64,000 nt of DNA from a bacterium (GTDB lineage: Bacteria; Patescibacteriota; Microgenomatia; Daviesbacterales; UBA10151): NCBI GenBank assembly GCA_021786315.1, contig JAJYNN010000003.1, forward strand, positions 3,360 through 67,359, given 5' to 3'. Positions 1-10,526 of the stretch are shown here, in pieces. Below the pieces are notes generated by a model. The model searched no databases. It saw only the letters and a program-made list of their open reading frames with translations, and had not been told where the DNA came from. The position numbers were made by a program, and so were the translations under genes. Positions within the stretch are counted from its first letter, which is position 1. Each line of letters begins with the position of its first letter.

Positions 1-769
1 ATATGGAGGTGCAAATAGTAACAACAGTTGCAATAATCAGCCTGGTAAGATAACGGATATTTGCTTTCAGGGGGATCTCTGTATTGATAACAGCTATCTC
101 TTTGGATATTCTCCCTAATACAGTTTCCAATCCTGTTGCCACCACCACAGCCCTGCCATTTCCTGCAACAATATGAGTTCCCTTAAAAACCATATTCTTT
201 TGCTCAGCTAGTTGTAGATCTGTAGAATTTATAGCATCCTCAAATTTATGAACTGGCAATGACTCCCCGGTTAATACAGATTCATCAATGGTCAGGTTAT
301 TAGAAAGAATAACCCTGGCGTCTGCGGGAATTTTGTCTCCCTCTTTAAGCACAATAATATCTCCTGGAGCTACTTCATAATCAGGAATAGTAGCTTCTTT
401 ACCATCTCTTATAACTATGGTGTTAGTTTCGGTAAACTTTTTTAATGCTTGAAGGGTATTTTGAGCTTTCCCTTCTTGGATTGTTCCCACCACAGCATTA
501 AAAAGCAGAACAAAGAGAATGATAAAGCCATCAGTAAATTCCTTCATCAGAAAGACAATCAAACTGGCAAGCATCAGGATATAGATTAAGGGACTTTGGA
601 ATTGGCGAAGGAAAATTTTAAATAAGCTGTCTAACTTAGCTTCTGGTAGTTTGTTTAATCCATATTTTTCGAGTCTGATTTTTGCTTCGCTGTCAGCTAA
701 ACCATTCTCTTGAGAATGAAGTCTTTCTAAGACCTCGCTTGTTTTCTGTGAATAATACGGTTGCTCCAT
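1..769 (-). CDS. Cation-transporting P-type ATPase, N-terminal part (runs off window start)
   Basis: Not in ORF track. Manual translation from ATG at 769 gives MEQPYYSQKTSEVLERL...EKYGLNKLPE...RQFQSPLIYIL...GDKIPADARV...DESVLTGES, with the actuator TGES motif. Confidence 0.9.
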   Translation of the reverse strand, partial: MEQPYYSQKTSEVLERLHSQENGLADSEAKIRLEKYGLNKLPEAKLDSLFKIFLRQFQSPLIYILMLASLIVFLMKEFTDGFIILFVLLFNAVVGTIQEGKAQNTLQALKKFTETNTIVIRDGKEATIPDYEVAPGDIIVLKEGDKIPADARVILSNNLTIDESVLTGESLPVHKFEDAINSTDLQLAEQKNMVFKGTHIVAGNGRAVVVATGLETVLGRISKEIAVINTEIPLKANIRYLTRLIIATVVTICTSI

Positions 770-932
770 AACAAGGGTATATTCAGTTTACCATGATTCT
801 ATCTTAGTTTGAGTTTGGGTAAAAAAGTTAAATAGATAAGTAAAGGTTAGATTTTTTTCCAGGCTAAACCCACGTATTAAATATTCTTTATCGACTCAAA
901 AGTTCTGAAAACGCCCACAAGTCCCGACTCTA

Positions 933-2018
933 TTACTTTCTTCTATTAAGGCGGTTGCTTGGAAGTTCCAGGGAAAATGTTGATCCATGACCCTCTCTAC
1001 TTTTTACCCACAATTTACCTTGATGATGCTCAACAATTTGCGAGGAGATATAGAGGCCAAGTCCTAAACCTTTAGCTTTCCCCTTTTCTGCACTTTTGGT
1101 TCGATAGTACTGGCTGAAAATAGTATGTTGCTCAGAAAAAGGAATGCCGATGCCAAAATCCTGAACTGATAAAACTACTCCCCCTTTTTGGTCGCTTGTT
1201 CTAACTTTTACCTTGCTATCCGGCGGAGAATACTTAAAGGCATTTGTCAAAAGGTTGACAACAACTTGGCCAATTCTATAACGGTCACCCATGATTATCT
1301 TTCTGGATCTATTAGACATAGTAATCTGCCTATCTTTTTGAATAATCTTCTGGTGGTCAACCACTTCCTTCACTAAATCACCAAAATTAAATGGTTCATC
1401 CTTATATTCAAATTTACCCACTTCGACTTTTGTTATATCCAAAAGATCATCAATTAGTTCCATCAGTTTTTCTGACTGGTATTCAATAATAGACGTATAT
1501 TCCCTTAATTTTGACAGGTGTGATTTTTTAGCAAGGTTGTCTATTAACTCTGAAAAACCCTTGATCGAGCTTAGAGGATTTTTTAACTCATGCGCTACCA
1601 GTCCAATAAACTGATTTTTTTGGGCTTCAGACTGGTATCTTGCCTCACTGATCATACTGATGATAAAACCTAAAACGATATAAATTACCGTAACGAGTTG
1701 ATCTCCAATGAGCGGGTGGATGGCAAGATCTGCCAACAACAGGACGTAGTAATTCAGAACAGCAGTTATGATTGTTGCCAATATCCCCGGGCCAAAACCA
1801 CCAAACCAAGCACTAACAGTCACAATAAACAGCAACAGCAGTAAATCTACGGTATCCGCACGAATAAACAGAAGGTAAGCAGGAGGAAAATATCTAATTA
1901 TTAGGAGGTCAAAGATAATAAGGACAATAGGCAATCCGTACCTATAAATCCTATTTCTTCTTTTATAGCAGGATATTCGGGACAGGCCAGACTTGATGCT
2001 AAACCATAGTTCTTCCAC
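933..2018 (-). CDS. Membrane sensor histidine kinase (DUF4118-like TM region, HisKA, HATPase)
   Basis: AHELKNPL H-box, NLLTNAFKYS N-box, DFGIGI and GLGLGL G-boxes; N-terminal TM helices. Confidence 0.9.
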   Translation of the reverse strand: MEELWFSIKSGLSRISCYKRRNRIYRYGLPIVLIIFDLLIIRYFPPAYLLFIRADTVDLLLLLFIVTVSAWFGGFGPGILATIITAVLNYYVLLLADLAIHPLIGDQLVTVIYIVLGFIISMISEARYQSEAQKNQFIGLVAHELKNPLSSIKGFSELIDNLAKKSHLSKLREYTSIIEYQSEKLMELIDDLLDITKVEVGKFEYKDEPFNFGDLVKEVVDHQKIIQKDRQITMSNRSRKIIMGDRYRIGQVVVNLLTNAFKYSPPDSKVKVRTSDQKGGVVLSVQDFGIGIPFSEQHTIFSQYYRTKSAEKGKAKGLGLGLYISSQIVEHHQGKLWVKSREGHGSTFSLELPSNRLNRRK

Positions 2019-2140
2019 CTAAAGCAGGATTAACATAAATAATTTATGCTGTCAATCCAGAAAGTAGAAAACGACAAGATTGCACTAGGGTTACCAGAAG
2101 TAAAAGTAGTCGTTACCTTAAATGACAAGGCAGACTAAAA

Positions 2141-2338
2141 TCATTTCTTCTTTAAAGTCGGCAGGCCGGTCCGGGGATTTTCCACAACCGTAAACCCCCC
2201 CGGTAACTCGTTTACCGCATCAGCTCCGGCAACTTTAGCAAAGTAATAAATCCTTTGCTGCCGTCCGCTTCGGAGCCTGACCTCTTTTGAGTGGAGATAA
2301 TAATCCACTCCTTTAGAATTGGTGTGTTTGTACGCCAT
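2141..2338 (-). CDS. Small basic hypothetical protein
   Basis: 65-aa ORF with ATG start filling the gap between genes; protein-like composition (YYLH...IYYFAK...NPRTGLPTLKK). Confidence 0.75.
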   Translation of the reverse strand: MAYKHTNSKGVDYYLHSKEVRLRSGRQQRIYYFAKVAGADAVNELPGGFTVVENPRTGLPTLKKK

Positions 2339-2511
2339 ATCTAGGATATATCTTATAAATTCCTTTTAAGATAACAACAAAAACAAAGTAATAAATCTGC
2401 AAGAAAAATTACAGTTTCCAAGGTAAAAGTTCCCTATAATAACCCTGTAAATATTAATTTTCTGTAAGAGAGGGATTGTGTTTGAAAAAATCGGAGGTAT
2501 AATTTGAGTGT

Positions 2512-3183
2512 ATGGCAAAGACCATTTTAGTAGTCGAAGATGATGTTGGATTGAATAAATATCTTAAGGAATTACTTCTGGATAACGGCTACTCAGTACA
2601 AACCGCGACGGATGGAGTCCAGGCCTTAAACCAAATCCAGAAACTTCCACCCGACCTGGTACTTCTTGATTTAGCCCTTCCTAATATGAGCGGTGAAGCA
2701 GTCTGTATGGAAATCCGCAAAAAATATCCTGATCTGCGGGTAGTAATCCTGACAGCCAAAGACGGAGTAGCGGACATTATCCATGGTTTAGATTTAGGGG
2801 CTGATGATTATATGACTAAACCGTTTTTGGCCGACGAACTCATAGCTAGATTAAAAGCACGCTTAAGGTACCAGGATGGATCCGATACAAGTTTGAAGGT
2901 TGCAGACTTAGAATTGGACGGAAAAACATTTGAGGTGAAAAGGGGAGACAAAGCGCTTCAGTTGACTCCCCAGGAATTTAAACTCCTACAATACTTGATG
3001 AGCAATAAAGGAAGGATTTTAACCCGGGAAATGATCTTAAACCGTGTTTGGTTATACTCCCCAAATATCGAAACAAGGGTAGTTGACGTTTATATGGGAT
3101 ATCTCAGGAAAAAAGTAGATAACGGCTTCCCTAAAAAATTACTCCATTCGGTCCGGGGTTTTGGCTACATGATAAAAGACTAA
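2512..3183 (+). CDS. OmpR/PhoB-family response regulator
   Basis: Receiver motifs VEDD, LLDLALP, GADDYMTKPF; winged-helix end VRGFGY. Confidence 0.95.
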   Translation: MAKTILVVEDDVGLNKYLKELLLDNGYSVQTATDGVQALNQIQKLPPDLVLLDLALPNMSGEAVCMEIRKKYPDLRVVILTAKDGVADIIHGLDLGADDYMTKPFLADELIARLKARLRYQDGSDTSLKVADLELDGKTFEVKRGDKALQLTPQEFKLLQYLMSNKGRILTREMILNRVWLYSPNIETRVVDVYMGYLRKKVDNGFPKKLLHSVRGFGYMIKD

Positions 3184-3187
3184 ATTT

Positions 3188-4267
3188 TTACTGAGCCGTA
3201 CGGACAAGTTCCAGAACAGGATCAAGATCCAAGGGGCAAAGGTGATGTGCCGGACCATAAGTATAAGCAGACAGTAATCTCACAAAATAATGTTTTTCGC
3301 CTAAAATATAATTGCCATTCCCAATATGCCAATGGCCTTTGGGAATTCGCCAGTCATTTTTGATAAGGTAAGTAATATAAGCTTGAAGCGCAACCTCACT
3401 CCTGTATGTTGGGTCCCGTAACTCCTCCTCAGTAAAATGTACTCTGGGTTCTACCATCCCCTCTGCCTGGGCCTTGAGCATCAAGTCATTGACCTTCCCT
3501 CTGCTGGCAATCATCGACTCCCGTGTACCCTGATTCCATTTTATGTCCTGAGGCATTATATCCGGATAATCAGTTTTCACTTCATTTTCCAGAAACTTTT
3601 TGTGTAGATTAAAATCAGTCGTTCGGTTTTCCAGGGAATCAGATTGAACAGCTGCATCTTCCTGGGCTTTTGGGTTTGTTAAGGCAAAATCCACAAAAGT
3701 ATCCGGGTCAACGTTCAAGGCATTTCCCATTAAAGTCAGCGGCAGTTCTAACTCCAAACGATGGACATATTGAGGGTAGAGTCTAGGCAGAGCCATCCTG
3801 GCGTGAGCTGTAGCCATAAAGATAAAATCCCAGCTTCTTCTAAGCTCAACGGCATCATAAAAGGGGTGGTGCAAGGGATTTACAAAACCTCTTTCACCCA
3901 GATATTTCAAACCTAATCCTAAGGAGAAATAATGAGGCACTGCCTCTCTCCCTGTAGATTTTAATAAGTGCTCCTTAAACCGTTCATAAAATAAAGTTTC
4001 AGCCACCGCCTGGGCACAACGACCCCCTTTGTTAGTTCCCCTGTTTTCTCCGCCCCTTAAAACTGTCGTCACCTTATCCGGGCGGTTTAACATGTTACCT
4101 TCCACCCTTCTTTCGAAACGCTGGGCATCTCCTCCATTAAATAAATACTCCCGGCTTTCTCGATACGCCCTCATCTGTTCCTCATCAACCATAAACGGCA
4201 CCAGATGTTGCTGTTGTTCCATAAGCGACCAAAGCCGCATTTCCATACCATATTCAGGTGATGTCAT
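3188..4267 (-). CDS. Hypothetical protein
   Basis: 359-aa ORF whose start overlaps the stop of the upstream kinase (ATGA); no recognised motif. Confidence 0.75.
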   Translation of the reverse strand: MTSPEYGMEMRLWSLMEQQQHLVPFMVDEEQMRAYRESREYLFNGGDAQRFERRVEGNMLNRPDKVTTVLRGGENRGTNKGGRCAQAVAETLFYERFKEHLLKSTGREAVPHYFSLGLGLKYLGERGFVNPLHHPFYDAVELRRSWDFIFMATAHARMALPRLYPQYVHRLELELPLTLMGNALNVDPDTFVDFALTNPKAQEDAAVQSDSLENRTTDFNLHKKFLENEVKTDYPDIMPQDIKWNQGTRESMIASRGKVNDLMLKAQAEGMVEPRVHFTEEELRDPTYRSEVALQAYITYLIKNDWRIPKGHWHIGNGNYILGEKHYFVRLLSAYTYGPAHHLCPLDLDPVLELVRTAQ

Positions 4268-5430
4268 ATATTTGCCCTTGGCAGTTGTACCTCTACCAAT
4301 GTTCCTTTCCCGACCCTTGAATGCATATGAATTGAACCTCGGTGAGCATCCACAATATTTTTAGAGAGAAACAGCCCAAGCCCCATACCCTCGTTGATTG
4401 TATCCTTTTCTTTATAAAACCCCTCAAACACTTTTGGCAGATCTTTTGCCGGGATACCCTTTCCCTGATCTTTTACCTGGATAATGAAGTTCGGGGATTT
4501 AAATTTTAGACGTAATATTATTTTTTTATCAGCATTGGAAAACTTGGCAGCATTATCCAAAAGGTTTATCAGGACTTGTAATAACTTGTCAAAGTCACCG
4601 ATAACCGTATCGTCAAATTTACCGACTCCGTCTTCGAAAATTATCTCCCGTTGAGGAAAATTAAACCTAAAATTGTCCATTGCCCTACCAATAGCGTCCT
4701 TCAAGGCACATTCCTTAAAAACATACTGTAGCTGGCCTGCCTTTATCCTGTTTATCTCCAATAAATCTTTAGTCAGAAGAGTTAGCCTGTAGCTTTCCGC
4801 ATGCAGTGAACTGATCCATCTGGATTCAACACTATCCTCATCTTTTGTTCTCTCAAAAAGTAATTGTGAATAGCCATATATAGTAGTAATCGGAGTCCGT
4901 AACTCATGAGCCGCTAGAGAAATAAATAAGTCTCTATTCTCCAATGATTTTTTAGTCTCTTCATAAAGCTGGGCATTTCTAATTTTTAAGCTCGCAATAG
5001 CCCCGTATAGTTTAAGAACAGTTAAATCCTTAGCGGTCAATTGGCCTCTTCTATAAGACTCAATCACCATCACCCCTAGGGTTTTACCTCTAAAAGAAAG
5101 CGGGATAAAAAGGGCGCTCTCTATACCTAATTTGACGATATCAGGATAAATATGAGCAAAGTCCTCCTTATTTATAGCATAAGCCCGGTGCTGGTTAAAT
5201 GAAGTATAGACAAACCCATTTTTTCTTACCTTTTGTGGTAAAAATGCCAAAGGTGATGAGGTATATACAACATTTAGTTCCCCATCCTCCTCCAAAACAA
5301 CCCTTCCGGCATCCCCGCCCACCAGCTTCATCGCCTCATCCACAATAACTGCATAGGTCTCTTCAAGACCCGTGGGAACCATAAGTTTTAAAATTGCCTT
5401 ATAGATTCTCTCAAGCAAAGAATTATCCAT
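4264..5430 (-). CDS. GAF-domain cytoplasmic sensor histidine kinase
   Basis: GAF-like N-terminus, AAHELRTP, NLLDNAAKFS, DQGKGI, GMGLGL. Confidence 0.9.
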   Translation of the reverse strand: MDNSLLERIYKAILKLMVPTGLEETYAVIVDEAMKLVGGDAGRVVLEEDGELNVVYTSSPLAFLPQKVRKNGFVYTSFNQHRAYAINKEDFAHIYPDIVKLGIESALFIPLSFRGKTLGVMVIESYRRGQLTAKDLTVLKLYGAIASLKIRNAQLYEETKKSLENRDLFISLAAHELRTPITTIYGYSQLLFERTKDEDSVESRWISSLHAESYRLTLLTKDLLEINRIKAGQLQYVFKECALKDAIGRAMDNFRFNFPQREIIFEDGVGKFDDTVIGDFDKLLQVLINLLDNAAKFSNADKKIILRLKFKSPNFIIQVKDQGKGIPAKDLPKVFEGFYKEKDTINEGMGLGLFLSKNIVDAHRGSIHMHSRVGKGTLVEVQLPRANI

Positions 5431-5519
5431 GGGAATTACGCTAATCTTACCAGAAAACTAAATTTTGGCAAGTTAATAGCCTCGTAAAGTGTGAATTCTT
5501 ACAATTTTAATACAAATTA

Positions 5520-6782
5520 TCAATCAACACGCTCAATAGAAGCCCCAAGAGAAGCCAGTTTCTCAACCACATCTTCATATCCTCTTTCAATAAGCTCTGC
5601 CCGGTTAATAATACTTTTACCGGAAGCTATGAGCGCTGCCAGCACCAATGCCATCCCCGCCCGGATATCCGGAGATTCCAGATTTCTACCATAAAGCTTT
5701 GACGGCCCGTAAATTAAAACGCGGTGAGGGTCAGCAATAGTAATATTTGCCCCCATGGCAATTAACTTATCAACAAAAAACATTCTCGACTCATAAACCC
5801 AATCATGCATTAGTGACATCCCTCTAGCTTGTGTTGCCAAAACAATCATAATGCTCATTAAATCTGTGGGGAAACCCGGCCAAACATTTGTCACAAGCCT
5901 TGGGATTGCTTTAATTTTCTTGGCTGAAACACTCACCGAATCACCATCAGTTTTCACAATGAGACCCATTTTTATTAAAGGCCAGACAGCGGGATCATGA
6001 TCAAAATTACAACAGTTCCCTATCTCCACCGATCCCCCGGTAATAGCTGCTGCCACCGCATAGGTGCCTAATTCTATGTAATCAGAACCTATAGAAAATT
6101 CCGTGCCTTTCAGTTTTTCAACTCCGTTAATTTTTATAGCAGATGTACCAACCCCTTCAATTTTTGCTCCCATTAAGTTCAACATTTTACAAAGATCAAC
6201 TACATGCGGCTCACAGGCCGCGTTCTTAATTACTACACAACCTTCACCTAACGCAGAAGCCAAAATTAAGTTTTCCGTGCCTGTCACTGTCGGCATTTCC
6301 AAAAATATCTTGCAGCTTGGATTATTTTCAGCCTTTTTTAGTACTTTATATCTGTGGTCGTTAACATTTACCTTGAGGCCCAAGGACTTAAATCCTTCAA
6401 GGTGTAAATCAATACCCCTTCTGCCGATAATATCCCCTCCCGGATGAAAAAACTCAGCCCTTCCGGTTCTCCCTAAAAGCGCTCCTGCCAAAAGTATTGA
6501 AGCCCGAAGCTTTCCGGCAAACTCCTCTGTTATAAGAGGTTTTTTTACTTCTTTACACCTTACCTTTACCGTATGGTCACCAACTTCAACTGAGGCTCCT
6601 AGGTTCTGCAAAATTTCCAGAAAAACACCTACATCCGCAATCCGGGGCACATTTTTTATAGTCACTTCTTCCGAGGTAAGTAAACAGGCAGCGAGGCAAG
6701 GTAAAATTGAGTTTTTATTGCCGGAAATTTTCACTTTTCCCGACAATTTATTACCGCCATCAATAATATACTTTGACACCAT
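5520..6782 (-). CDS. murA: UDP-N-acetylglucosamine 1-carboxyvinyltransferase
   Basis: GNKNSILP, LRASILL, PGGDIIGRR, WPGFPTD, DIRAG, IERGYE. Start moved to MVSKYII, just downstream of a TATAAT box. Confidence 0.95.
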   Translation of the reverse strand: MVSKYIIDGGNKLSGKVKISGNKNSILPCLAACLLTSEEVTIKNVPRIADVGVFLEILQNLGASVEVGDHTVKVRCKEVKKPLITEEFAGKLRASILLAGALLGRTGRAEFFHPGGDIIGRRGIDLHLEGFKSLGLKVNVNDHRYKVLKKAENNPSCKIFLEMPTVTGTENLILASALGEGCVVIKNAACEPHVVDLCKMLNLMGAKIEGVGTSAIKINGVEKLKGTEFSIGSDYIELGTYAVAAAITGGSVEIGNCCNFDHDPAVWPLIKMGLIVKTDGDSVSVSAKKIKAIPRLVTNVWPGFPTDLMSIMIVLATQARGMSLMHDWVYESRMFFVDKLIAMGANITIADPHRVLIYGPSKLYGRNLESPDIRAGMALVLAALIASGKSIINRAELIERGYEDVVEKLASLGASIERVD

Positions 6783-6899
6783 GAGATTATATACCAACAG
6801 AGGAACCAGATGAAGATCTATGGTTTTAGATTGGCGGGCATTAAACACCAGAATGACCGAAGGTCACTCCGGCCATACTGATCCGTCTGCTCGACTAAC

Positions 6900-7151
6900 T
6901 TAAACGCGTCTTACTGCCCTGGCTATAAGGAGCAAGAGCAACGCCCCCAACACCGCAACAATTAAAGAGGAAAGGTTAAATCCTGTAATACCTACCCCAA
7001 AGAGCAGGCTCGAAAGAAAACCTCCCACCAATGCCCCTAAAATTCCCAGGACAATGGCTCCTATTATGCCTCCGTATGCAGGTCTTGGGTCAACAACATT
7101 GGCGATGATGCCAACTATGAGTCCGAAGACTATCCATGCTAGGATATTCAT
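6900..7151 (-). CDS. GlsB/YeaQ/YmgE (transglycosylase-associated) membrane protein
   Basis: Gly-rich three-TM pattern WIVFGLIVGIIA...GILGALVGG...AVLGALLLL. Confidence 0.9.
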   Translation of the reverse strand: MNILAWIVFGLIVGIIANVVDPRPAYGGIIGAIVLGILGALVGGFLSSLLFGVGITGFNLSSLIVAVLGALLLLLIARAVRRV

Positions 7152-7222
7152 ACTGAAGCTATCCTACTGCTTATCACTTAGAAAACAATATAAAAAATGT
7201 ATGAATCTTGTGAGAGGTGAAT

Positions 7223-8518
7223 CTAGAAAGCTGGGTATTTTCCTGCCACAGATTTTACTCTTTGCAAAGCCTTATCCTCACCCATAATTTCAATGCTTTC
7301 AAAAAGCGGAGGAGTAACTAATTGTCCGGAGACTGCCACCCTAATTAATTGAAACATATCCCCAACTTTAATTTGTAAATCTTCAGCCAATTTTCTAAAA
7401 GTTGCCTCAAACTCCTCTTTCTTCCAGGGCTTAGGTAAACCCTCTAAAGTTACATCAATCTTTTCCAATACTTCTTTCTGGTTAGGAACTTTAATTTTAT
7501 TAAATACCTCCATATCATATTCCGGCTCTTCCCAGATAAAATCAGTTAAAGGAATAAAATCAGAAAGCTTTTTAATCCTTTCTTTTACCAAGGGAACTAA
7601 AGGGGCAATTTTATCTTTGGCCGGGTGGTCAACTAAGTAACCCTCTAATCTTTTAGTCAATTCTTCATCAGACATTTTTCTAATATATTCCCCATTCATC
7701 CATTCCAGTTTAGTAATATCAAAAACAGCCGGTGTTGAATGGACATCATTTAATTCAAAGGTCTTTGCCATCTCCTCCAAACTCACTATCTCTACCTCAC
7801 CCGGCGGTGTCCAACCCAACAAAGCCATGTAGTTTAAAATTGCTTCGGGCAAAAAACCATCTTTTCTAAACTCAGACACACTCCTAGCGCCATGTCTTTT
7901 GGAAAGCTTGGAACGATCAGTCCCTAAAATCAATGGTAAATGGGCATATTGAGGAACTTCCCATCCGAATGCTTGAAATGTTAGGGTGTGCTTTGGGACT
8001 GAAGGCATCCACTCGTCTGCCCTGATTACCGGATTTGTTTCCATTAGATGATCATCTACAACGTGCGCCAGGTGATACGTAGGAAATCCATCCGACTTTA
8101 AAAGAACGAAGTCTTTTTCTTTACTCAAATCAAAAGTTACATGGCGATTGCCAATTAAATCAGTAAACTCAACTTTTCCCTCCTGCGGCATCTTAAACCA
8201 AATTGCCCCGTCTTTTTCGTATGCCGCCCCTTTTTCCACCAGCTCCTTGGCATATTTGCTGTACATATCTTTTCGCTCAGATTGCACAACCGGGCCTTCA
8301 AAGTTTAGACCTAACCATTTCATACTCTCGATAATATCCTCAGTTGCTTCTGGTACAAATCGGGTACGGTCTGTATCTTCTATTCTTAAATAGAACGCTC
8401 CGTTATTTTTCTTAGCCACCAAATAAGCGTAAAGGGCTGTCCGCACTCCACCAATGTGCATCAACCCAGTGGGAGAAGGAGCAAATCTTGTTACAACCTT
8501 TTTACCTGCCTGATCCAT
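7223..8518 (-). CDS. gltX: Glutamate--tRNA ligase
   Basis: TRFAPSPTG, HIGG, LRIEDTD, KLSKR. Start moved to MDQAGKK at 8518. Confidence 0.95.
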   Translation of the reverse strand: MDQAGKKVVTRFAPSPTGLMHIGGVRTALYAYLVAKKNNGAFYLRIEDTDRTRFVPEATEDIIESMKWLGLNFEGPVVQSERKDMYSKYAKELVEKGAAYEKDGAIWFKMPQEGKVEFTDLIGNRHVTFDLSKEKDFVLLKSDGFPTYHLAHVVDDHLMETNPVIRADEWMPSVPKHTLTFQAFGWEVPQYAHLPLILGTDRSKLSKRHGARSVSEFRKDGFLPEAILNYMALLGWTPPGEVEIVSLEEMAKTFELNDVHSTPAVFDITKLEWMNGEYIRKMSDEELTKRLEGYLVDHPAKDKIAPLVPLVKERIKKLSDFIPLTDFIWEEPEYDMEVFNKIKVPNQKEVLEKIDVTLEGLPKPWKKEEFEATFRKLAEDLQIKVGDMFQLIRVAVSGQLVTPPLFESIEIMGEDKALQRVKSVAGKYPAF

Positions 8519-8603
8519 ATTGCAGATATTATAATTTTTGCCTCGCAAAAATTTCAAGCTCCGCTTATATGCAATCTTACTGTATAATGAAACTAATCTG
8601 CCT

Positions 8604-9605
8604 ATGTTAACACTCACCCAGGCTGCCAGCTTAACCAAAAAAGGAGTTATCGCTTTTATTGTCCTCACAGTATTAGGAGTTGGGGGAAGCATTGGCTATC
8701 AGGTTTGGCACCGCTATTATTTATCAACCTTGCCACCCGTCGTTGAAAAACCGGAAATGAAATTTGGCGAACTTCCCAAACCTGCCTTCCCGGATTCTAA
8801 TGTCTCTTCTTCTAATTACTCATACTCGCTCGACACCGCAACAGGGGGCTTACCTCAAACCCCAAAACTTCTAAAAGTGTACTTTCTTCCAAAATCAGGG
8901 GTAACACTCCTTGCTCCTGACAAATCCGCTAAACTTGCCGAGAGTTTAGGGTTTTCCTCAAATCCTGAAGTCGTCTCCCAAACCCAATTTAAGTTTGCTG
9001 ACGACAACGATGGTGAGTTAAATGTAGATTTAACAACCGGAAACTTTAATTTCCAAAAACAGATAGCCAGTGGTTCTGCCACTTTAAATACACTACCTGA
9101 CCAAACCCAAATAGTTGGCTCCTTTAAAAATTACCTTTCAGCCCGAGGGTTACTGCCTGATGAACTCAAAACAGGGAAAAGCAGTGTAACCTTTGATAAC
9201 AAGAACCCCACTGATTCCGATACTGCCGAGGTTACCTTATGGCCTACAAATGTTGATGACATGCCGATAGTCACCGCTGCGTTTAACAGAGGCTTAGTCA
9301 GAGGAACCATCACCAAAGTTGATGATGAAAATAATAAATTTATCCATATTTCCTATATTTATTGGCCGGTAGATAAGTCAACCTCGTCAACATATCCTTT
9401 GAAAACTCCCGAACAAGCCTTTGCCGACTTAAGAGCCGGGAATGGTTTTGTGAGTATAGAACCAATAAACCCCAAGGTTTCAATTTCTTCTGTTTATCTT
9501 GCTTATTATGAACAGGAGGACTATTCCCCTTACCTTCTGCCGGTATTTGTATTTGAAGGACCTGACTTTGCAGCTTTAGTCCCGGCAATTGCTACTCCCA
9601 AGTAA
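8604..9605 (+). CDS. Membrane-anchored extracellular hypothetical protein
   Basis: ATG at 8604 (MLTLTQAASLT), single N-terminal TM helix, long soluble domain. Confidence 0.8.
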   Translation: MLTLTQAASLTKKGVIAFIVLTVLGVGGSIGYQVWHRYYLSTLPPVVEKPEMKFGELPKPAFPDSNVSSSNYSYSLDTATGGLPQTPKLLKVYFLPKSGVTLLAPDKSAKLAESLGFSSNPEVVSQTQFKFADDNDGELNVDLTTGNFNFQKQIASGSATLNTLPDQTQIVGSFKNYLSARGLLPDELKTGKSSVTFDNKNPTDSDTAEVTLWPTNVDDMPIVTAAFNRGLVRGTITKVDDENNKFIHISYIYWPVDKSTSSTYPLKTPEQAFADLRAGNGFVSIEPINPKVSISSVYLAYYEQEDYSPYLLPVFVFEGPDFAALVPAIATPK

Positions 9606-10500
9606 AGTTTATAAAAACCCAGTCAGTTAATTCCTTTGTTTCTTTAAAGCGGTCATCACTTCCTAAAACAACCGTTAAAATTTTATGGCCATTCCTTTCC
9701 AAAAGCCCAACTAAATTTTCCTTGGCCGCCGGGGTCGTCCCTGTTTTTATCCCCAATACTCCCGGATCATCCAGTAATTTATTGAGGTTCTTTAACGGAT
9801 GGATCATGCTTTTATCCAAGGATGAGACTTCCGTTTCTTTAGTCGAAACTACCCGGGCAAACTGATAATTGTTCATGGCAGTTTCGGCAATTTTTCCCAA
9901 ATCATTTGCCGAAGAAAAATGGTTTGGACTATCAAATCCTGCAGGGTTATCAAAGTGGGTATTAGACAACCCCAAACTTAAGGCTTTATTATTCATGGCA
10001 TCAATAAATCCAGAAATTCCGCCCGGATAGTTTTCCGCAATCGTGTATGCGGCATCATTACCTGAATTCAAAAGCATGCCATATAAAATTGCCCGGAAAC
10101 TAAGTTGCTCTCCTGTCTTAAGTCCCATCGAGGACCCGCCAGCTTGGGATAAGTCAAAAGCTGTCAGGACATCATTAGGTTTAAAGTAATCAAGAGCGAC
10201 CAGCGCAGTCATTATTTTAGTAGTGGAAGCAATAGGAACTCTTTTATCCGGATCTTTGACAAAAAGAAGCGTATCTGAATCTATATCTTTGGCAATAACA
10301 GCAGATGCTGTAAAGGTAGGAGCGAAAATTCCATGACCTTTAGGCATCAGAATTCTTTTTTCTACCCCAGCAATTTTTGGGGCTTCTGCAGTATTTTTCG
10401 CTGAAACCTGGGTTTGGATTAAATCCACAGCTTTTGGCAGACCAAGAAGCACATTTACAGAAATTAGCAGTGCCAAAACAGCATAAAGAATAGGTGTCAT
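9592..10500 (-). CDS. D-alanyl-D-alanine carboxypeptidase (peptidase S11)
   Basis: ASTTK (SxxK), SGN (SxN) and KTG motifs; signal anchor. Confidence 0.92.
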   Translation of the reverse strand: MTPILYAVLALLISVNVLLGLPKAVDLIQTQVSAKNTAEAPKIAGVEKRILMPKGHGIFAPTFTASAVIAKDIDSDTLLFVKDPDKRVPIASTTKIMTALVALDYFKPNDVLTAFDLSQAGGSSMGLKTGEQLSFRAILYGMLLNSGNDAAYTIAENYPGGISGFIDAMNNKALSLGLSNTHFDNPAGFDSPNHFSSANDLGKIAETAMNNYQFARVVSTKETEVSSLDKSMIHPLKNLNKLLDDPGVLGIKTGTTPAAKENLVGLLERNGHKILTVVLGSDDRFKETKELTDWVFINFTWE

Positions 10501-10526
10501 TTTTTAAAAACCAACAAACGGAATTG

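Noticed and set aside
6783-8692. Long N-terminal extensions of murA and gltX in the ORF track
   Set aside because: Conserved motifs and -10 boxes point to downstream starts (6782 and 8518).
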